From: Camelus ferus
Lineage: Eukaryota
Assembly (NCBI RefSeq): GCF_009834535.1
Contig: NC_045697.1
Span: forward strand, 29,452,001 to 29,516,000
DNA length: 64,000 bases
Reading direction: 5' to 3'
This document shows, one piece after another, positions 37,401 to 51,099 of the stretch. Every line of letters begins with the position of its first letter. Within the stretch, counting starts at the first letter, position 1. The position numbers and the translations under genes were made by a program. Under the pieces are notes generated by a model. That model was not told where the DNA came from and did no database searches. It saw only the letters and a program-made list of their open reading frames with translations.

Positions 37401-39851
37401 AGGGGAACGGAACAACGCAAGGTGCAAAGTCAGCCAGTGTGGGGGCAGAGGGCAGGAGCCGGAGCTGGAGCCCTGGATGCACGCCCGCCCGACACCACGT
37501 GCGTGCTGACTCAATGCACTGAGCCCAGTCACCTCTTCTCCTAAACGGGAAATGTAACAGCTGTCCTCCCTGCCACATGAGGAGTCTTGAAGGGAGCACG
37601 GGAAGTGACATTTACGAAAATACCCTGAAAGCCACAGTAAGGCATGAAGGGCCGCTGGGAGGCTGAGCGGTGGAGATGTGTGAGGGAGACACTGAACTCC
37701 AGGAGAGGAAGTGGGATGGGTGGGTGGTGGGACACAGTCTGAGCCTGGGAATGGGGCCTGGGCAGTGAGTGGGAGGGGGTGGACGCAGGCACAGATGGGG
37801 CCCGAACAGGCGATGATGGGCATCAGGGGAAGGCTCAGGGATTTGAAGCGGGCTCTGCTACCTGATTCCCCGCAGGGCAGCAGCCCACCTGTGCTGTGTT
37901 CTTCCCAAGACTTCTTGCATAAAACATAAAACAAAAGCCTACCATGTTAATCAAAGCCCAGGGATGCCTTCTTTGGATTTTACCCCACCCACACCTCAGC
38001 CTCAAGAGGTGGGCTTTGAGATGAACTTCATTTCTTCCACATACAAGAGATAAGAAGTTCACTGAACAGAAATAGTATCTCAGATCTCCTCATCTCTGGA
38101 CAAAAAGAAAACAGGCAGACTGAGATCCCAAAGCCAGCGGAACTGAGTGAGAAGAACTCTGGCCTAGAATTCAGGAGGATGCGGGAACTGTGAGTTCTAG
38201 ACGCAGTGTGGCTGCCAGACGCTGGCCTCTGTGCCTCGGACTCCCTGTCTGTGAGGGATGGACACTGGTACCCGATGCTCCCTTCCACCCTGGCATTCTC
38301 TGGTCGTAGGGCACTCCTGGGGGTGAAGAAGGTAAAGGGGTGCAATAGGGGGATGAAGCTCTGGAACAGAGAAGGATTCCAACAGAGACGCCAGGAGCCA
38401 AGCTGTACAGGTGAGGAAGAGAGAGGATCTCTGGGCCTTACTGAGGAGAGCACAGGGGCTTCCTGGCCAGCTCGGCTACCGGGAGACCACTCTGCGGTCT
38501 AGGGAGAAATGCCAAGAGGCAACTGGGCCGGGATGGAAGAGGTCTGCACTTAACGCTAAGCTCCACGAGGAGCAGGGCTGTGTTGTTCACTTTTAGCCTC
38601 CAGCACACCTAACACAAGGTGAATAAATGAGTGGAAGGGATTTCCTCAAGGAGTAGGAATATTATATTAATAGGAAGTTATCAAAATTGCCCAGTGATAA
38701 GCAAAGTCCTGTGCAGTTCAGTGGAACTGAAGCGCATGTCTGATCATCAGGGCCAAGTACCAACAAACCAAGGCCCTGGTCTGTCAATGGGGGTAAAGCC
38801 AGCCCCAACCCATCACTTGAAAGATGGAGGATTTGAGGCCCAGGCAGGGTGAGATGCCAAAGTTCAGGAACAACAAGGATGTGGCTGGAATGTAGGTCTT
38901 CCTGCCTCCCAGAGAAGAGCAAGTCAATTAATCGAAGATGCTGTCTACTTTTAAAGACAGGAAGGGCAATAATGGCTACAAACATGTAGAGAAGCTTTGG
39001 GGTAAGAGATACAGTTCAAACTCCTACCATGTCCTCCCAGAAAAAGAAAATGAGTTGCTTAAAGAAGAAAACAGCATGACCAGAAAAGGGCAGAAATGCC
39101 TGTGTGTCAGGGATCAAATCTCTTTTCTCCAAAAAAGCCATTACTTAACCGTGACCTTTCCCAACTGTAATTCTCTTGAATATTTTGTTATCAGGATTCA
39201 CAAAGGTTTGCTGCAGGAATCTCTATTAATAAGTACCATGATGAAAAATTTTAATACCTCAAAATTCTTTGTTTAAACATCAGATTTCTTCCTCAGGGAT
39301 AGCACAAATGTATGCTGCTCATTATTTCTAAAATAATGTCACTTCTGCTAAATAAACAGATTTTTTAAAATTAGAAATTAAGTATTTAAGGGCTCTCAAG
39401 GGTTATTCTGCAGATAGTCTCTCCATGCAATCAAATGAGCTCAAGAATATTAATAAGATATGCAGTAATTATAACACGCCTGGCCAAGAGACGTTCTTCT
39501 GTGTGTAAATATTTTATGGAACCAGCACCGTGCAGTGGCACCCACAGAGGAAAGTAGTGCCCCAGGGAGCCCCAGGGAATCTTAACCACTTCTCATTAAT
39601 CAGCCTCTCTTACTTTCTGTACCTGAAAGGGTACTTCAAGAGACCAAAAGCCATTAAAAAATGAAAACATCCCTGAAAGGTGGTATTAACACTATTCACT
39701 AAGAGGAAGCATTTTGGAGGTTTCAAATGCAACATGCATGATAATCAAAAAGCTTACCTTGATGACCTGTTGGGGCAGAAGCAATGAGTCTAAAGAGAAA
39801 TCACAAGTTACATCCACTCTACTAAGCCATTAAAAAGATACTCCATTTTAC

Positions 39852-40057
39852 CTCGTTCTCCGGGGTGGGAGACGGCGTTACAGAACTAAGTGACCCTTTC
39901 CTAGAACCCTGAAGGTCTGCTGGGATGGAGACAGGGCGTTCCCACTGAGTCATCCCTGTTGGTATGTGCCAGTAGTAGGTCCCAGCAATGTCATTGACTC
40001 TTTTCCAGCCAGGTGGCAAATCCGGATCGGTCTGAAAGGAGTGATCACTCCATACAT
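39852..40057 (-). CDS. APBB2: APBB2 WW-domain exon (206 nt; 209 nt if the upstream CAG at 40063-40061 is used)
   Basis: ttttccattttccagtag|AT GTA TGG AGT ... GAG AAC GAG|gtaaaa. Encodes DLPPGWKRVNDIAGTYYWHIPTGMTQWERP, with the WW signature W...YYW...W..P. Confidence 0.98.
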
Positions 40058-41987
40058 CTACTGGAAAATGGAAAACAAAAGGAAAAAAAAGAGAGAGGGT
40101 TTTATTAAAAGAGAAAACAATTACAGTCTTCCAATTTCAGTACCAAACATCAGGAGAATTTTGTAGGCAGATGTGTCCACAGCCCAAATGAGAACTCGAG
40201 TCACCCTACAGGTACAAAGTACGGTAAGAGGGACAATGTGGAAAGAAACAAGGGAAGAACTGGAAGGTTGACACCTGAGAATATGGATATAAAGGACCCA
40301 CTATCAAGTCATCTTACAGCTCCAAGAACCCTATGAATAGGCTAAGATCCCTTAGTCAGAATCACGTATTTGTAAGATTACACACAAAATCTACTGTATT
40401 CCTTTGTAAATTAGTAAGATTTACTGGTTGGTATCATATACCATTCCCACAATGGGTACAACTCTGATTTTTTTTAACTGCTTTCTATAAGTGAGTACTG
40501 GATTCCCTCCCACTTGACAATAAACATCTACAAAGTAGTCATGTCTTTTGTAATACTCTAGAATTCTAAATTGCGCACAGAAGATTTCCAAGAAAAGCAG
40601 GTTGAAAAGTCTTGGAATTCAAGACTCTAGAAACAGGCCAATGATGAAAATACATGAAGGAAGGTAGGTGTGGAATACAGAAGAGAATGGTGGGGACTGT
40701 GGCAAACTGGTAAGCACATGCAAAATCCAAAGGCATTTAAATTAAAAAAATAATTTTTTTAAGCACTGTGTGAGGGGTGCAAATAAAATACATCTGCTGG
40801 GCAATTTCAGCCATCCCTGGTCTATATCAATATTTTATTAGTTTACTGGATAACTATTTGCTTTAAAAAAATCTCATTTTGGGTCTTCTTTGATTGAATA
40901 TGAAATGGGTTAAAATGCTAGAGACAAGAGGAGAGAGAAGAGAAAGTAAGAAATCCATAGAGAGGGAGGCAGAATGGAGGACTCAGACAGCTGCATCGAC
41001 ATACCTGTGGTAGGAAAATTTGGTAAACTTGTGCTTTAAATCTGGGGATCACTTAATTCTAAAGATTAGGCCCTTTTCTATGTGGTCATTCACCAGAGGC
41101 TGGAGCCCTTACAGCAATTCACATGAGAAAGTATGTGGATCTTGCTCTGTGCAAATGTCACTGCATCACATGGGCAGGCGTCACCAAGGCTATTACAGCC
41201 GCAGCAAGAAAAAAAGAAACCAAACAAAGAAGTTGATTAAGACTATGGGCACAGATGTGCATTCATGCGGTCGTTTGGCATCCCAGCATTCACTTTTCTC
41301 ATTTAAATCTGCCAGAAGCAAAACTGCCACTTGCCTCAAATTATGATGGAAATTTCCCCTCCCCCAAGAGGAGATTAAGCATGATTAAATAATTTCAAGA
41401 TACCCAAAATTTTCAGAAATAACTTGAAACAAACACGTGAATATACTCCTCTGTCCCCTCTCCTTTTTAGGGGCTGAGGGTTGTTCCTGCTGTTATTTTG
41501 TTTTCAGTATTTCCACTGGGGTAAAAAAGGCAAAATAAAAAGTTCTCAGGATTAAGCTGGAGAGAACCCTACCAAGGGTGTTCCCTTGTCCTGTTCCAGT
41601 GGCTCACAGACCATGAGCTTGGGCAAGAAACGAAAAGCATGTAAAGAGGCTGCTCGTTACCACTTCTGTGCTTTTTAAGGCCTGAGGGCCTGAATTGACA
41701 CATTTATTCCAGTTGCCTCTACAGCTGGGACATTAGCCTACATGAAGAGCACATCCCACCATGAGGACAGGAAATCACGGCAGACCGAGGGCAGAGACCA
41801 CGGTCAGCAGCCTTTGAGGTCGGCTGTCTGAAGTGGTTGAGACGGGCCTTGGGCTGCATGGCAGGAGCTGGGTTGTTCTGCCTTCAACCAAACCCAGACA
41901 GTCACTTATATTTGGTTTATATTCTAGTTTCTGCTGAGATTTTGTTGGAATAAAAATTAAAAGGGGGGTTACTCCATTGCTAGAAAT

Positions 41988-42007
41988 TGATGATGATGAT
42001 GATGATG
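41988..42007. repeat. (GAT)n trinucleotide microsatellite
   Basis: tgatgatgatgatgatgatg read directly. Confidence 0.9.
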
Positions 42008-45000
42008 GAGGAAGTGAGGTGGGCACATCTACAATATTATTAACCGTTCAGAATCACTTGTAGAATCCCTTCCACAGCACCCTACACGGGTGAGCGCGAG
42101 CAGACATCATGTCTGTCTTGTTCACCATCACAGTCCCAACACCAAGCATGGCAGGTATTCAGTAACAGTGAGCTGGGTGAATGGTGGACAGATGGTAGAT
42201 CTGGATGGACAGACAGATAACGTAGGTGCAAGAAAAGAAGATAGGAAGGAAGAACAAAGAGGAGGAAGAAATAAGCGAATGAAGTCCTGAATGATGACAA
42301 TTAAACTTGGCACTCAGTGAAAGAGGAATTCTGAAGAAATCAGCTCTGTGCAGTTTCATAAAACAGAGCAACCTCACCACACCCAGGAATACTAGCTTCT
42401 AGTTAAGAGCAGTGTCTATTTCCCCTGTAGGTGTATGTGAATGTTCTTATGGACAAAAAGAAACACTAATATAATATGATAAATTCCAAAGGATCCTGGG
42501 CTGGAGTTGAGATTTTGTTTCTTTTTTTTTTTATTGATAGGTTCCATGGAATAGTAAGAAATATGCCTTCTGAGGTGTCTCAGTGTCATTACACTTCATT
42601 TTGTTTCATCTTTATAGCCCCAATTTGCTTTCTTTTCCTAAATGAAACTATGTGCACACTATTTAAGTGTACGTAATAAGTACCCTGGACTTTACTCAAC
42701 AGGTCAGTGGTTTTCAAATGTTTTCAAATTGGGGACAAAGACAGGTGGAATTCCAGGCCCATCCAGAGCCTCTTATCCATAGTGGTACTACTTTTACCTG
42801 TTTTAAATATTGATCTTGTGTGTATGATTCTCCTTGAAAACAGAGATCCGTTGTTTTTTGTTTTTAAAATTTTGCTTAAAATAACAATTTGGAACCATAG
42901 CTAAGGCAAGAGCATAGCAGGACCAAGACATCTAAACGCCAAGAAGCTGCTTCTGCCATAGGGATTGTTCAAAATGTTGCAGAGCAGCTTAAAATGGTTG
43001 CCCTCAAATGGGGACCAGAGCGGACAAGGCATGAAGGAGGACATGCAGACTGTGACACGCTCAGGGAACTCTGTCAACACCAGGTGATTAGAGGAGAAAA
43101 TTCCAACTCCCTTTGATCCTCAGAAAATTACTTAGGGAAGCTTTGCTGGAAACGTCGGAGCTGAGGCTACGGAAAGGAAAGGGGGGCTGGCAGTTTCACT
43201 GTCCTCCTGATTCTCAGCAGTTTTCTCAAACTGAGTGTCTATCATGCACCCCTCCTTGTCAGATCTGCTCAGTGTCCTGAAATCACAACATGGTGTTCTG
43301 AGATTTCAGCGGGAATAGCCTGATATTCCACACCGCAGAACTCCTTTCTTTCTGGGTGAGTCACTTTGCCACAGTAACCTGGGGCGGTTCCATTTGGCAC
43401 TGGAGAGCGTAAAGCAAACCACAGTATTCCATCTCAGAGTCGCCCAACCTAAGGACTGGAACTCAGACCAACTGTGGGGTTACAGAAGAGTTAAAGCGGA
43501 GAAATCTGCAGAAAGGCTGCAGAAGATGTTTGAATAGTCCAGTGAGAGTAGAAATGAGGGGAGTCAGCAAAGATGCTAGAGATGGCATCATGCAGCCGGG
43601 CACAGAAACCGGGAGGGTCAACTCTGTGCGGGGCCGTCCCATCTTGACTGAGCCACTCACTAAGTAAATGGCCTTGAACAAGTTACTCAGCCTCTTTGGG
43701 CTTCAGATGCTTATCGGTAAAAGAGGGATCAAAACAGTAACTATCTGGCTGAGGAGTGTGTACAACACTCAGAATAAAGGCTGGCATGTAACAGGCATGT
43801 TCACTACACAAATGTTCACTGTCACTGCTTTTGCTATTATCATTATTACTACATATTACAGGTCTCCAAAGCCAAAAATATAATGATATATTAAGGTCAC
43901 TAAAGCCACCCAAAAGAAAATATTGTCATACGTCCAAAGGAAAATGCTCACTACAGAACGTATGGGAGTAACTGATCACCATGGCTGAAAGAATGAGGAT
44001 AAAAGAAGCTAATCTGACAGTGACTCTGTCCCTGGAGAAGAAGGTCAACCAGACTCCCTGAGCAGGGCTGGACTCCAAGAACCTGAGGAGGCCAGACAAG
44101 ACCAGATTCTACATGCCTTGCTGGGCTTCTTCCAGTCAAGCACCATGCCCTGAACCCCGTGCCTCTGTTTCACAGAAGCCTTCTCTTTCTCCAAGTGTAT
44201 GTTATGTCTGTCTGTCTCTCCATGAATGTGGAAGTAAAAAAATAAATATTTCATAATTTTTAAAATAAAGATGTCTCCTATTGTCTATTTTGAAGCACAT
44301 TTGCTAAAGGTTTCTGAGGTTTCTCTCAAACACAAGACATCCCCAAATGAATACAGTTGTATCTGTAATGATTCTTGAGTTTTTCCCCCCACTGTGGGTC
44401 TGGGGCCTTCATCAGGGAAAAAAAAAAAGTATAGCATGTCTTCACTTCCACCACCACATCAGCGGCTCACATCCCAGCCAGAAGGCAAGGGGTGGGGAGG
44501 AAATATTAACAAGTCGGGACAAGAATCTGGGCCTTTCAAGGCTCACACCCAGGTTCCATTAATGCAGCCATGTGTTTCTCAGGAGGGTAACAATGATACT
44601 GGTGGTAACAGTAAAAGTAACAGGGATGCTGGCGCTGACTGTGGGCTGAATTACCTAGCTCCTTATTGTTTCTTTTTTATTTAGTTAGTTTTTGAAGAAT
44701 TTTAAAATTACTTTTATGTACAGAAAACTCAACAGCGTACACCCAGCCAGTTTGGTGGCCAGTTTTTTGTCCTTATTGCTTCTTTATCGCAGGAGCTCGT
44801 GGAGTGGCCACTGCTGCCCTGTGAAGGACACACTAGTGTCATTCCGTTTCTCAGGCTCGGAGAGGACAGCCATTTGGTTTAAAGCCAAGGGAGTAAACTA
44901 TATCCCTACGTAGAAATGGGTGTTACTTTTTCAGAGACCTGAGGAAAATCAGTATGGACAGTTTGGGGGAATTTAGAAGGTGAATAAATAAGGTTAGAAA

Positions 45001-46129
45001 CAAAAGAAAGAACACAATGGCTTCAAGTCTGAGGCGATGAGACCAGCCAGTTGACCTAACCAAGGTGGAAAGCTGGTAGGTGTGGGCACCAAGATTCACC
45101 CTGAGCTCTATCTGGGTACATCAATGCAAGGACACTTCCAATGTGGGCTTTGCACAGGGTCCTTCTTTCTGTGCCTCCCTCCCTAAATCTGCATCCAGTA
45201 ACCCAGGCAGCCACTGCAGTGGGTCCACATACCTGCAGCCCCTCCAATTAGAAGCCTGAGGATCAAATTCCACCCCCAGGCACACTGAGGAGACTAAGAT
45301 GTACCTAATTCTCCCTCCTCCCTTCCCTATAGAATCTCACACTTAAGGAGCTTTATGATCATCCTACCAAAGCCGCTGTCACGGTGGGGAGAGGGGACAC
45401 GGATCAGCAGGAGGAGCAGAAAGCTATAGGTATCCTTTCTAAGTGGCTCTGTGGCCCTTCGTTGTTTGCAGTTTTGTTCTGGAAGCAGGGCCTGGAAGTC
45501 AGAGTGTAAAAATAGCAAGGCTGAGAGCCCCAGAAAGTCCCTCTTATGCTGGGAGCCTCTTGGGCCAAGAGCAATACTTGGCGGAGGAACAAGGAGACCA
45601 TCTGTGAGCAGCAAGGACCCGCCCCTTCCAGCGCCTCAGGCCCAGTGCCACTGGCCTGGTTGCACCCCTGCAAGTTCACTCTGCTCTCCTCCTGGGTGGG
45701 GTCTGCATGAGGGAAGCCTGCCTCCAATCACCCTCTCCCCTGCGCTCACTTGCAGGAACCAAAGGGTCAAATGAAAACAAATCAGCATCTAACAGCAGCT
45801 GGAAATTCCCTTACTGCTCTGGAGGCCACAGGGAGGAGGAATGGGTGAGCTGCGATTCTAAATTTGGCAACGTCTGCGTCTGCAGTGCAGAGCACAAAAG
45901 GTCTCCCTCTGGTACTCCAAACGGCACTCGCTCCTTCCCCGACTTTTGTGCGCCCAGTGCCTTCCGTGTGCGAGGCACGGGACGAGGAGCTGCGGGGAAG
46001 AGGACACAGATCAGCTCATTCAACAAATATTTCCTGTCTACTCTGTGCCAGGCGTTGTTCTAGGGCTTGGGGTGCAGAGGTCATCAGATAGACTTGGACC
46101 CTGCATCCGTGACCCACCCCCCTTCCCCG

Positions 46130-46325
46130 GGGCTGTGGTTCTCAAGCGTTACAGTCACCTGCAGAACCTGCTAGAACACAAATCGCTGGGCACCACCCCC
46201 AGAGCTTCTGACTCAGTTGGTCTGGGGTGGGGCCTGAGAAGCTGCATTTCTAACAAACAGTTCCCAGGTGTTGCTGATTTCATGCTGCTGGTTTTAGGAC
46301 CATAATTTTAAGAACCACTGGCCTA
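46130..46325. mobile_element. MER5A-like DNA transposon remnant
   Basis: gtggttctcaa...cagagcttctgactcagttggtctggggtggggcctgagaagctgcatttctaacaa...tttaagaaccactg. Confidence 0.8.
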
Positions 46326-49272
46326 GGGAAACAGAAAAGGTCATCATTCTTTCCCACCAGACACCATCTAACTATTGGCTCTGCAGAATAAAAAATGTGA
46401 ATTATATTCAATCATTCATCCACTTACTCATCCATTCTTTAGTACTGAGGGCCTCCTATGAGTGCCAAGTACCATTTTAGAAGCTGAGAACACAGTAATG
46501 AATAAAAGAGGCATTTTAGGTGGTGGGATCAATTGTGTCTGGGGAGGCGGTGGGCTATGTGGATAGGCTGGTCTGAGGCAGAAGCAATGTCACCTTGAAC
46601 TAGAAGGGGCTGCCTTTGGGAAGAGACAAGGGAACAGCATTCCTGGAACAGCATGTGCAGAGGCCAAGTGGTAGGAAAGAGCCTGTCATGTCATTACAAC
46701 AGGAAGTCACCTGAATGAGAGGTGAGTGGTCTCGGATAAGATTTAGGGCCACAAGGGCTCAGGATTCACCCCCTCTGCAAGGGAAAACTCTTGAAGCTCT
46801 TGTGAGGTCTGTGTTTTCAAAATCAGAAGAGGAATCTGCACAATGCTCCCATTCTTCAAGAAGAAAAACCTCTTCCGAAGTCTTAGCTGCAGCTGCTGCT
46901 GGCTACTCTTTTGAGCAGTATTATTCCTGAGGGAGGCAGACGCCTTAATCCAAACTAGCTGAATTTAAAACGCTTTAAGACTAGCTTTAAAACACTTTCT
47001 GTGAGCACTGGTGATCTGCTTCTGTTGCCTCTCTTCTTCTCTAACTCACCTCCTGGTCCCTTTACCTTTTCTGGACCCAGAACTTCACTGTTAGAAGACA
47101 GACAGCAAGAAGGCTCTTCATTCCCTTCAGCTTTGTCATCAGCTTCTCAAGACAAGAGCATGAAGCCAGGACCCCAGGTCCAGATCATTTTTTACAGGTT
47201 TGCTAAGGGCTCCAGGCAGCACACGGAGGCTGCTCAGAACCTAGTGTGAAACCGTCCTTAGCCAAGGGAACTGGCAAAAACAATGACTACAGAAACAAGG
47301 GAATGAGCCCCAAATGTCCAAAACCTGTGAGCTCTCAGAATCCTGACCCACCGCCTGCCAGACAGAGGGGAGGAAAGCTCACCAAAATAAGTTTCAGGGC
47401 CTCTGCTATTTCTTCATATTTATTTGCAGGGCCTATTTGAGACCCTGAAGTGTCTGTAACAGCCTCAGAAAAATTACACACTGTACTCAGCTGACCTTTC
47501 CTGTGGTTGCATTCTTTTTACAGTTGTAACAAAACTCTTAACAATTTCCTAACACCTTCCCCTATATTTTCCTTTTAAAAAAAATTAAGATTTTTTAAGT
47601 GACCTTGAAATAGGGATTTATTTATAGATAAGGATTTTTCTGTTAAAGATTCTTGACTAAATATTCCAAGAACTCACTACTTAAATGGTTCTTAGATTTG
47701 GGCCTCGTCATACTACACACTTTGTGTATTTTTATCAAGTATTTTGGCATAAGATCAACACAATATTTCTTAATTTAAATTCACCGGGGACATAGTCTTT
47801 GCTGAGCTTACTGCGCTGAATTTGTTCCAGGGCCATCACAGACAGGAGCTCTGGAGTGAGCCGACGGCCTTGAATCTCAGCTCCAATGCTGGCGAGCTGT
47901 GTGACCTCAGACAAACAGCTCAATTTCTAATGAATGGCCTGTCTGCCGACGGTGACAGAATTGATGACAGCTCCTACACCATACAGTTGATATGGAACTG
48001 AGTGCCCAGTGCAAAGCCAGGCACATAAAAATCACTCAGTAAATGTCTTTTATTATTTGCTATTAATTACTTCATTCTAATGTGGTTTTGGGGAAAAATG
48101 CTCTGTAATACAAAATATTTTTAAATGGCATCAACCACAGTGCATCTCATTGAAAAACTAAGATTTCTAAGCTAAACATATTTTTACAAAAAAGGTAGTT
48201 TTTATTAAGATCAAGAAAACTAAATGATACTTCCTGGAGATAGGGCAGTCTTCGCAAAGAGGTATTAGGTATTAGACTTATAAAAAAAATTAAAAATAAA
48301 AAAACTAGATGAAATAAAAAAAAAAACTAGATGATAAAATTAGCCACTCACATGTCAGTTCAGAAACAATGTATCACATGAGAACACCCTGGTTTGAGTA
48401 GGTGGCCTCTCTTTAATCAGTAAGTGGCTACTTTATGTCTTAGAGCTGAACAATTAAAGAAGCAGAAATGAAATCAGAACAAAACACTTATTAAGTCTGC
48501 TTTATTATTTAAGACATCCTTCTTTTGAGACTGCTTCTGCTCTATAAGTCATGTCCTCAGGAAAATATGTACATAGGAACCGACAAGATGATGGTGGAAA
48601 ATAAATGGATTATGCCTCTCTGTTCACAGACTGTTAACCAAAATCAAAACACAAAGTCACAGAGACTCTGCAAAGACAAATCTGAAAACTAAAGAGTGTG
48701 AGATGTAAGTGGATAAAAATTATCTAGAGGGAAAATTGGTACCTACGGTAAATAATCCATCTATCCACCCATCCCCTTACATACATTTAATTGAAGCTAC
48801 TCCTATGACCTGGCTATGTTTTAAATATCATCAGAAGGTCTCATTTGAAACACACAATAAAACCTGGCTTTTCTTACAAGTCACGAAAGGAGATATTAAA
48901 ATCTTAAGATGATATGAAATATTACCTAAGAACACTATTTCCTTATAATGTGCACAAAGTACAAAGTAGCAAAATTTACAATCCACTACTTAGAAGCCAC
49001 AGGCTTAAGTGTCAATCTGCCAAAAAAAAAAAAAAAAGTAAAAATAAAACCTTAAAACTAGAATGGACATTCATATTTTACTTTAAGAAAGCTACAGGTC
49101 ATTTCTATAACTTCAATTTTGTTTTTCTAAGAAGTGCTGGGAAACACCTTTGTTGGAACCAACAAATCTCTGAAATTCAAAAGCCATAATCATAATAAAA
49201 AATGGAGAAGGGGCACAGGTGGGCATGCTCTTGCAATCAGCAACCTGGTGATTTGAAGGAGTAAAGATCACA

Positions 49273-49318
49273 GAAATGAACACAACATTGTAAATCAACT
49301 TACACTTCAGTTAAAAAA
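49273..49318 (+). mobile_element. Extremely truncated L1 3' end (46 bp) with 13-bp TSD
   Basis: gaaatgaacacaacattgtaaatcaacttacacttcagttaaaaaa flanked by agtaaagatcaca at 49260-49272 and 49319-49331. Confidence 0.8.
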
Positions 49319-51099
49319 AGTAAAGATCACAACATATGTATATAAAATTGCCGGGCAGGTTTATTACTTCTCCCTCCAGTTGTCTGACTGTGCCACTCAC
49401 CTACTGAATGGCAGCAGTACATCCTATTCAAAACCAGAAAGGATTATTCAGATGTGGCTGTAAGATCAACAAGTCAGCCCCAATATTCTCTGCTTTCCAG
49501 TTTAAGTATTTAGTGCCTAAACACAGTGTAACAGGAAGATCTATGATCACACAGAGATTCAGGAAAGGGTAACTGCACAACATTATTCAGAGAACGGGTC
49601 CAGCTGCCGTACCTGCAGTCAACCCAATCACACATCTTCCTCATCTGATTGTTATTTCACAGTGAGCATTTAGAGAAGAGAAGACAAAAATACCACCTCA
49701 GGCATGAATCCTTCTTTGGCTTCCATACAATTAGACACATATGATTACTATCCACACCATTATCTTTCAAAGTAGACAGGTTTGAGAGTATATTAAATAG
49801 AGCCAATTTTCTCTCCCACTGTTTTGGCAGGGTCTTCAATACACTTTTCTCTTAGAGCTGCGGTCCTCCTCAGGCTAGGACACAGCAGCAATGATGACAA
49901 AGTGGAAGCTATTTTGGGGGTTGCCTCAACCAACTTCAAGGTCATTATTATTCTCAGTGGTGGTGTGCCAGGACTTGACTTCCCACCTAAGTTAAGTATT
50001 AGACAAAAGATGGTTGTTGAGAGTCTAGGAAATCGACAAAGTATTTGACGACAAATTACAATTAGGCCTTTTACCAGCACATTAAAAGGGCAGGTTGAAG
50101 TAGGTGCCATCTTCTCTAGAATCAAAATCTCTGTGTGGGAGCACGTAGAACTATACTCCCATAGATAAAAGTGTATATATTTGTTTCTGATACAAGAACA
50201 GGAGCCTGTACCTCTAGAGCACTACACAATTTTCAAAGTGCTGTAACTAGTTCAGTCACATCTGAGATCTTACAACACAGGTATAGGAGATATTTCCATT
50301 TTGCAGGCGAAGAAACAGGTTTCAGCAATGTTACATAACTTGATCAAGGTTGGGAAACTGGTTATCATCGCCTGTGGAGGAATCTCAGTGTGTTTTTCTT
50401 TGGGGACCATTCTTTTTGTTAAGTGCATTCTTAAAGGTTAAGTGTCCATAAAAAAATCAGCATAACTGAAGTAATTTGTTCGGACTGCCAGAGTGGTTAG
50501 TGGATAAGCTTTAATATTTGATGCAAAATGTAAGATAGGATTTTTAGACTATAAATGGGGTGGAGGAGTTCAGAGAGAAATATTTTTCTGAGATTAACTT
50601 TGAAAAACACACTTATAAGGATCAGGGTAAAAGCTATTTTTTATTACTCCTCTGAGATATTTATTTGACACCTAAATTAAAAGAGAATTTGAAGCAGCTT
50701 ATATAAAAGATATAAATGTACTTGAACCAATAAAATAACACAAGAAAATAGAGCCATGGAGTTGAGAAGAAATTTAATTTCTTGCCCCTAAAATGTACAA
50801 AGTTTTAGTCATCTGATAAAAGAAGTTTATCAAAAAAGGAAACTTCTTCCTAAGCACCAAATCTAAGAGGAACTTAGCCTGCGGTAAACGGCCCTGGAGG
50901 TAGAAGGCGGTGACTGATGAAGGCTTCACACTGCATCTAGGTGGTTTTATACTGTAATCTTGCTCTAAATTGTAATCATGTTGTACGATAGGTAATTATG
51001 TGTAAACTTTTTTTTTCCCCCTGAATACTAAAGTTTACCAGGAAAACCATTCTGTACTTTTCCTTTTGTCTATGAGAAGCCTGTGCTAGGGGCTCATAA

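Noticed and set aside
37302..37934. 210-aa minus-strand ORF
   Set aside because: GC-rich intronic sequence overlapping a MIR-like piece, with a low-complexity Pro/Cys/Leu peptide and no homology recognised.
39758..39789. 32-nt exon using the tttag acceptor at 39791-39790
   Set aside because: It would leave a 62-nt intron, below the usual mammalian minimum, and shift the frame; the 9-nt version fits better.
39822..39851. ORF-track tail VKWSIFLMA* after the WW domain
   Set aside because: This is read-through past the GT donor at 39851 into the intron; the ORF's TTG start is an internal Leu codon.
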